This document shows positions 63,740 through 64,000 of a stretch of DNA of 64,000 bases, piece after piece (positions within the stretch are counted from its first letter, which is position 1; each line of letters begins with the position of its first letter). Below the pieces are notes generated by a model, which had not been told where the DNA came from, ran no database searches, and was given only the letters and a program-made list of their open reading frames with translations. The DNA comes from Octopus sinensis (lineage: Eukaryota). The stretch is from positions 1,984,001 to 2,048,000 of the forward strand of contig NC_043013.1 of assembly GCF_006345805.1 (NCBI RefSeq). Reading direction: 5' to 3'. Both the position numbers and the translations under genes were made by a program.

Positions 63740-64000
63740 AAGATCCATCCTTGGTCATGGGATTGCACCTAGGAAGTTACCCTCCAAGGCACAAGTCCAG
63801 GCAAAGTTGTTTGTTGAAGACCAGCAGTCAGCCATGCATACCAGCCACCACTCCCCACACCGCCAATGTTATCCAAGGGAAAGACAAAGACTGATACAGC
63901 TTGGCACCAGTGATGTGATAACTCATTTCTACAGCTGAGTGAACTAGACCAACAAAAAATAAACTGTCTTGCTCAAGAATATAACACACAGCCCAGTCTA
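63740..64000 (-). mobile_element. SINE family C-related, running off the window end
   Basis: Colinear with 55170-55460. Confidence 0.75.

Overview
Animal (eukaryotic) genomic DNA, AT-rich and packed with microsatellites and retroposons. The SINE families and LINE spectrum look to me like an Octopus genome; that is recognition, not a database result. There are no operons, CRISPR arrays or rRNA genes, and most short ORFs in the track are microsatellite or SINE artefacts. Mobile elements: at least five tRNA-derived SINE families (dozens of copies); fragments of CR1, L1/Tx1, RTE and R4/Dong-like LINEs; three Penelope-like elements (PLEs); a Tigger/pogo remnant; several MITEs, a fold-back element and a Helentron-type (HINE-like) element. 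One CR1 RT ORF (34632-36434) and one PLE RT+GIY-YIG ORF (61476-62777) have no internal stops. The only convincing host coding sequence is a large minus-strand exon (acceptor at 54967) of an unidentified protein with about 60-65 acidic SQVDG-type pentapeptide repeats. Most notable observations: (1) five minimal type I hammerhead-ribozyme-like motifs in three sequence families, in PLE-type tails, including a U3/A8 covariant and a family with U at core position 6; (2) two minisatellites that arose inside SINE bodies; (3) the pentapeptide-repeat exon, whose TAA sits where a CAA codon would be expected; (4) several local inverted duplications and palindromes. A 100-N assembly gap lies at 39721-39820. 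SINE and LINE-fragment boundaries are approximate (about +/-10-20 bp).
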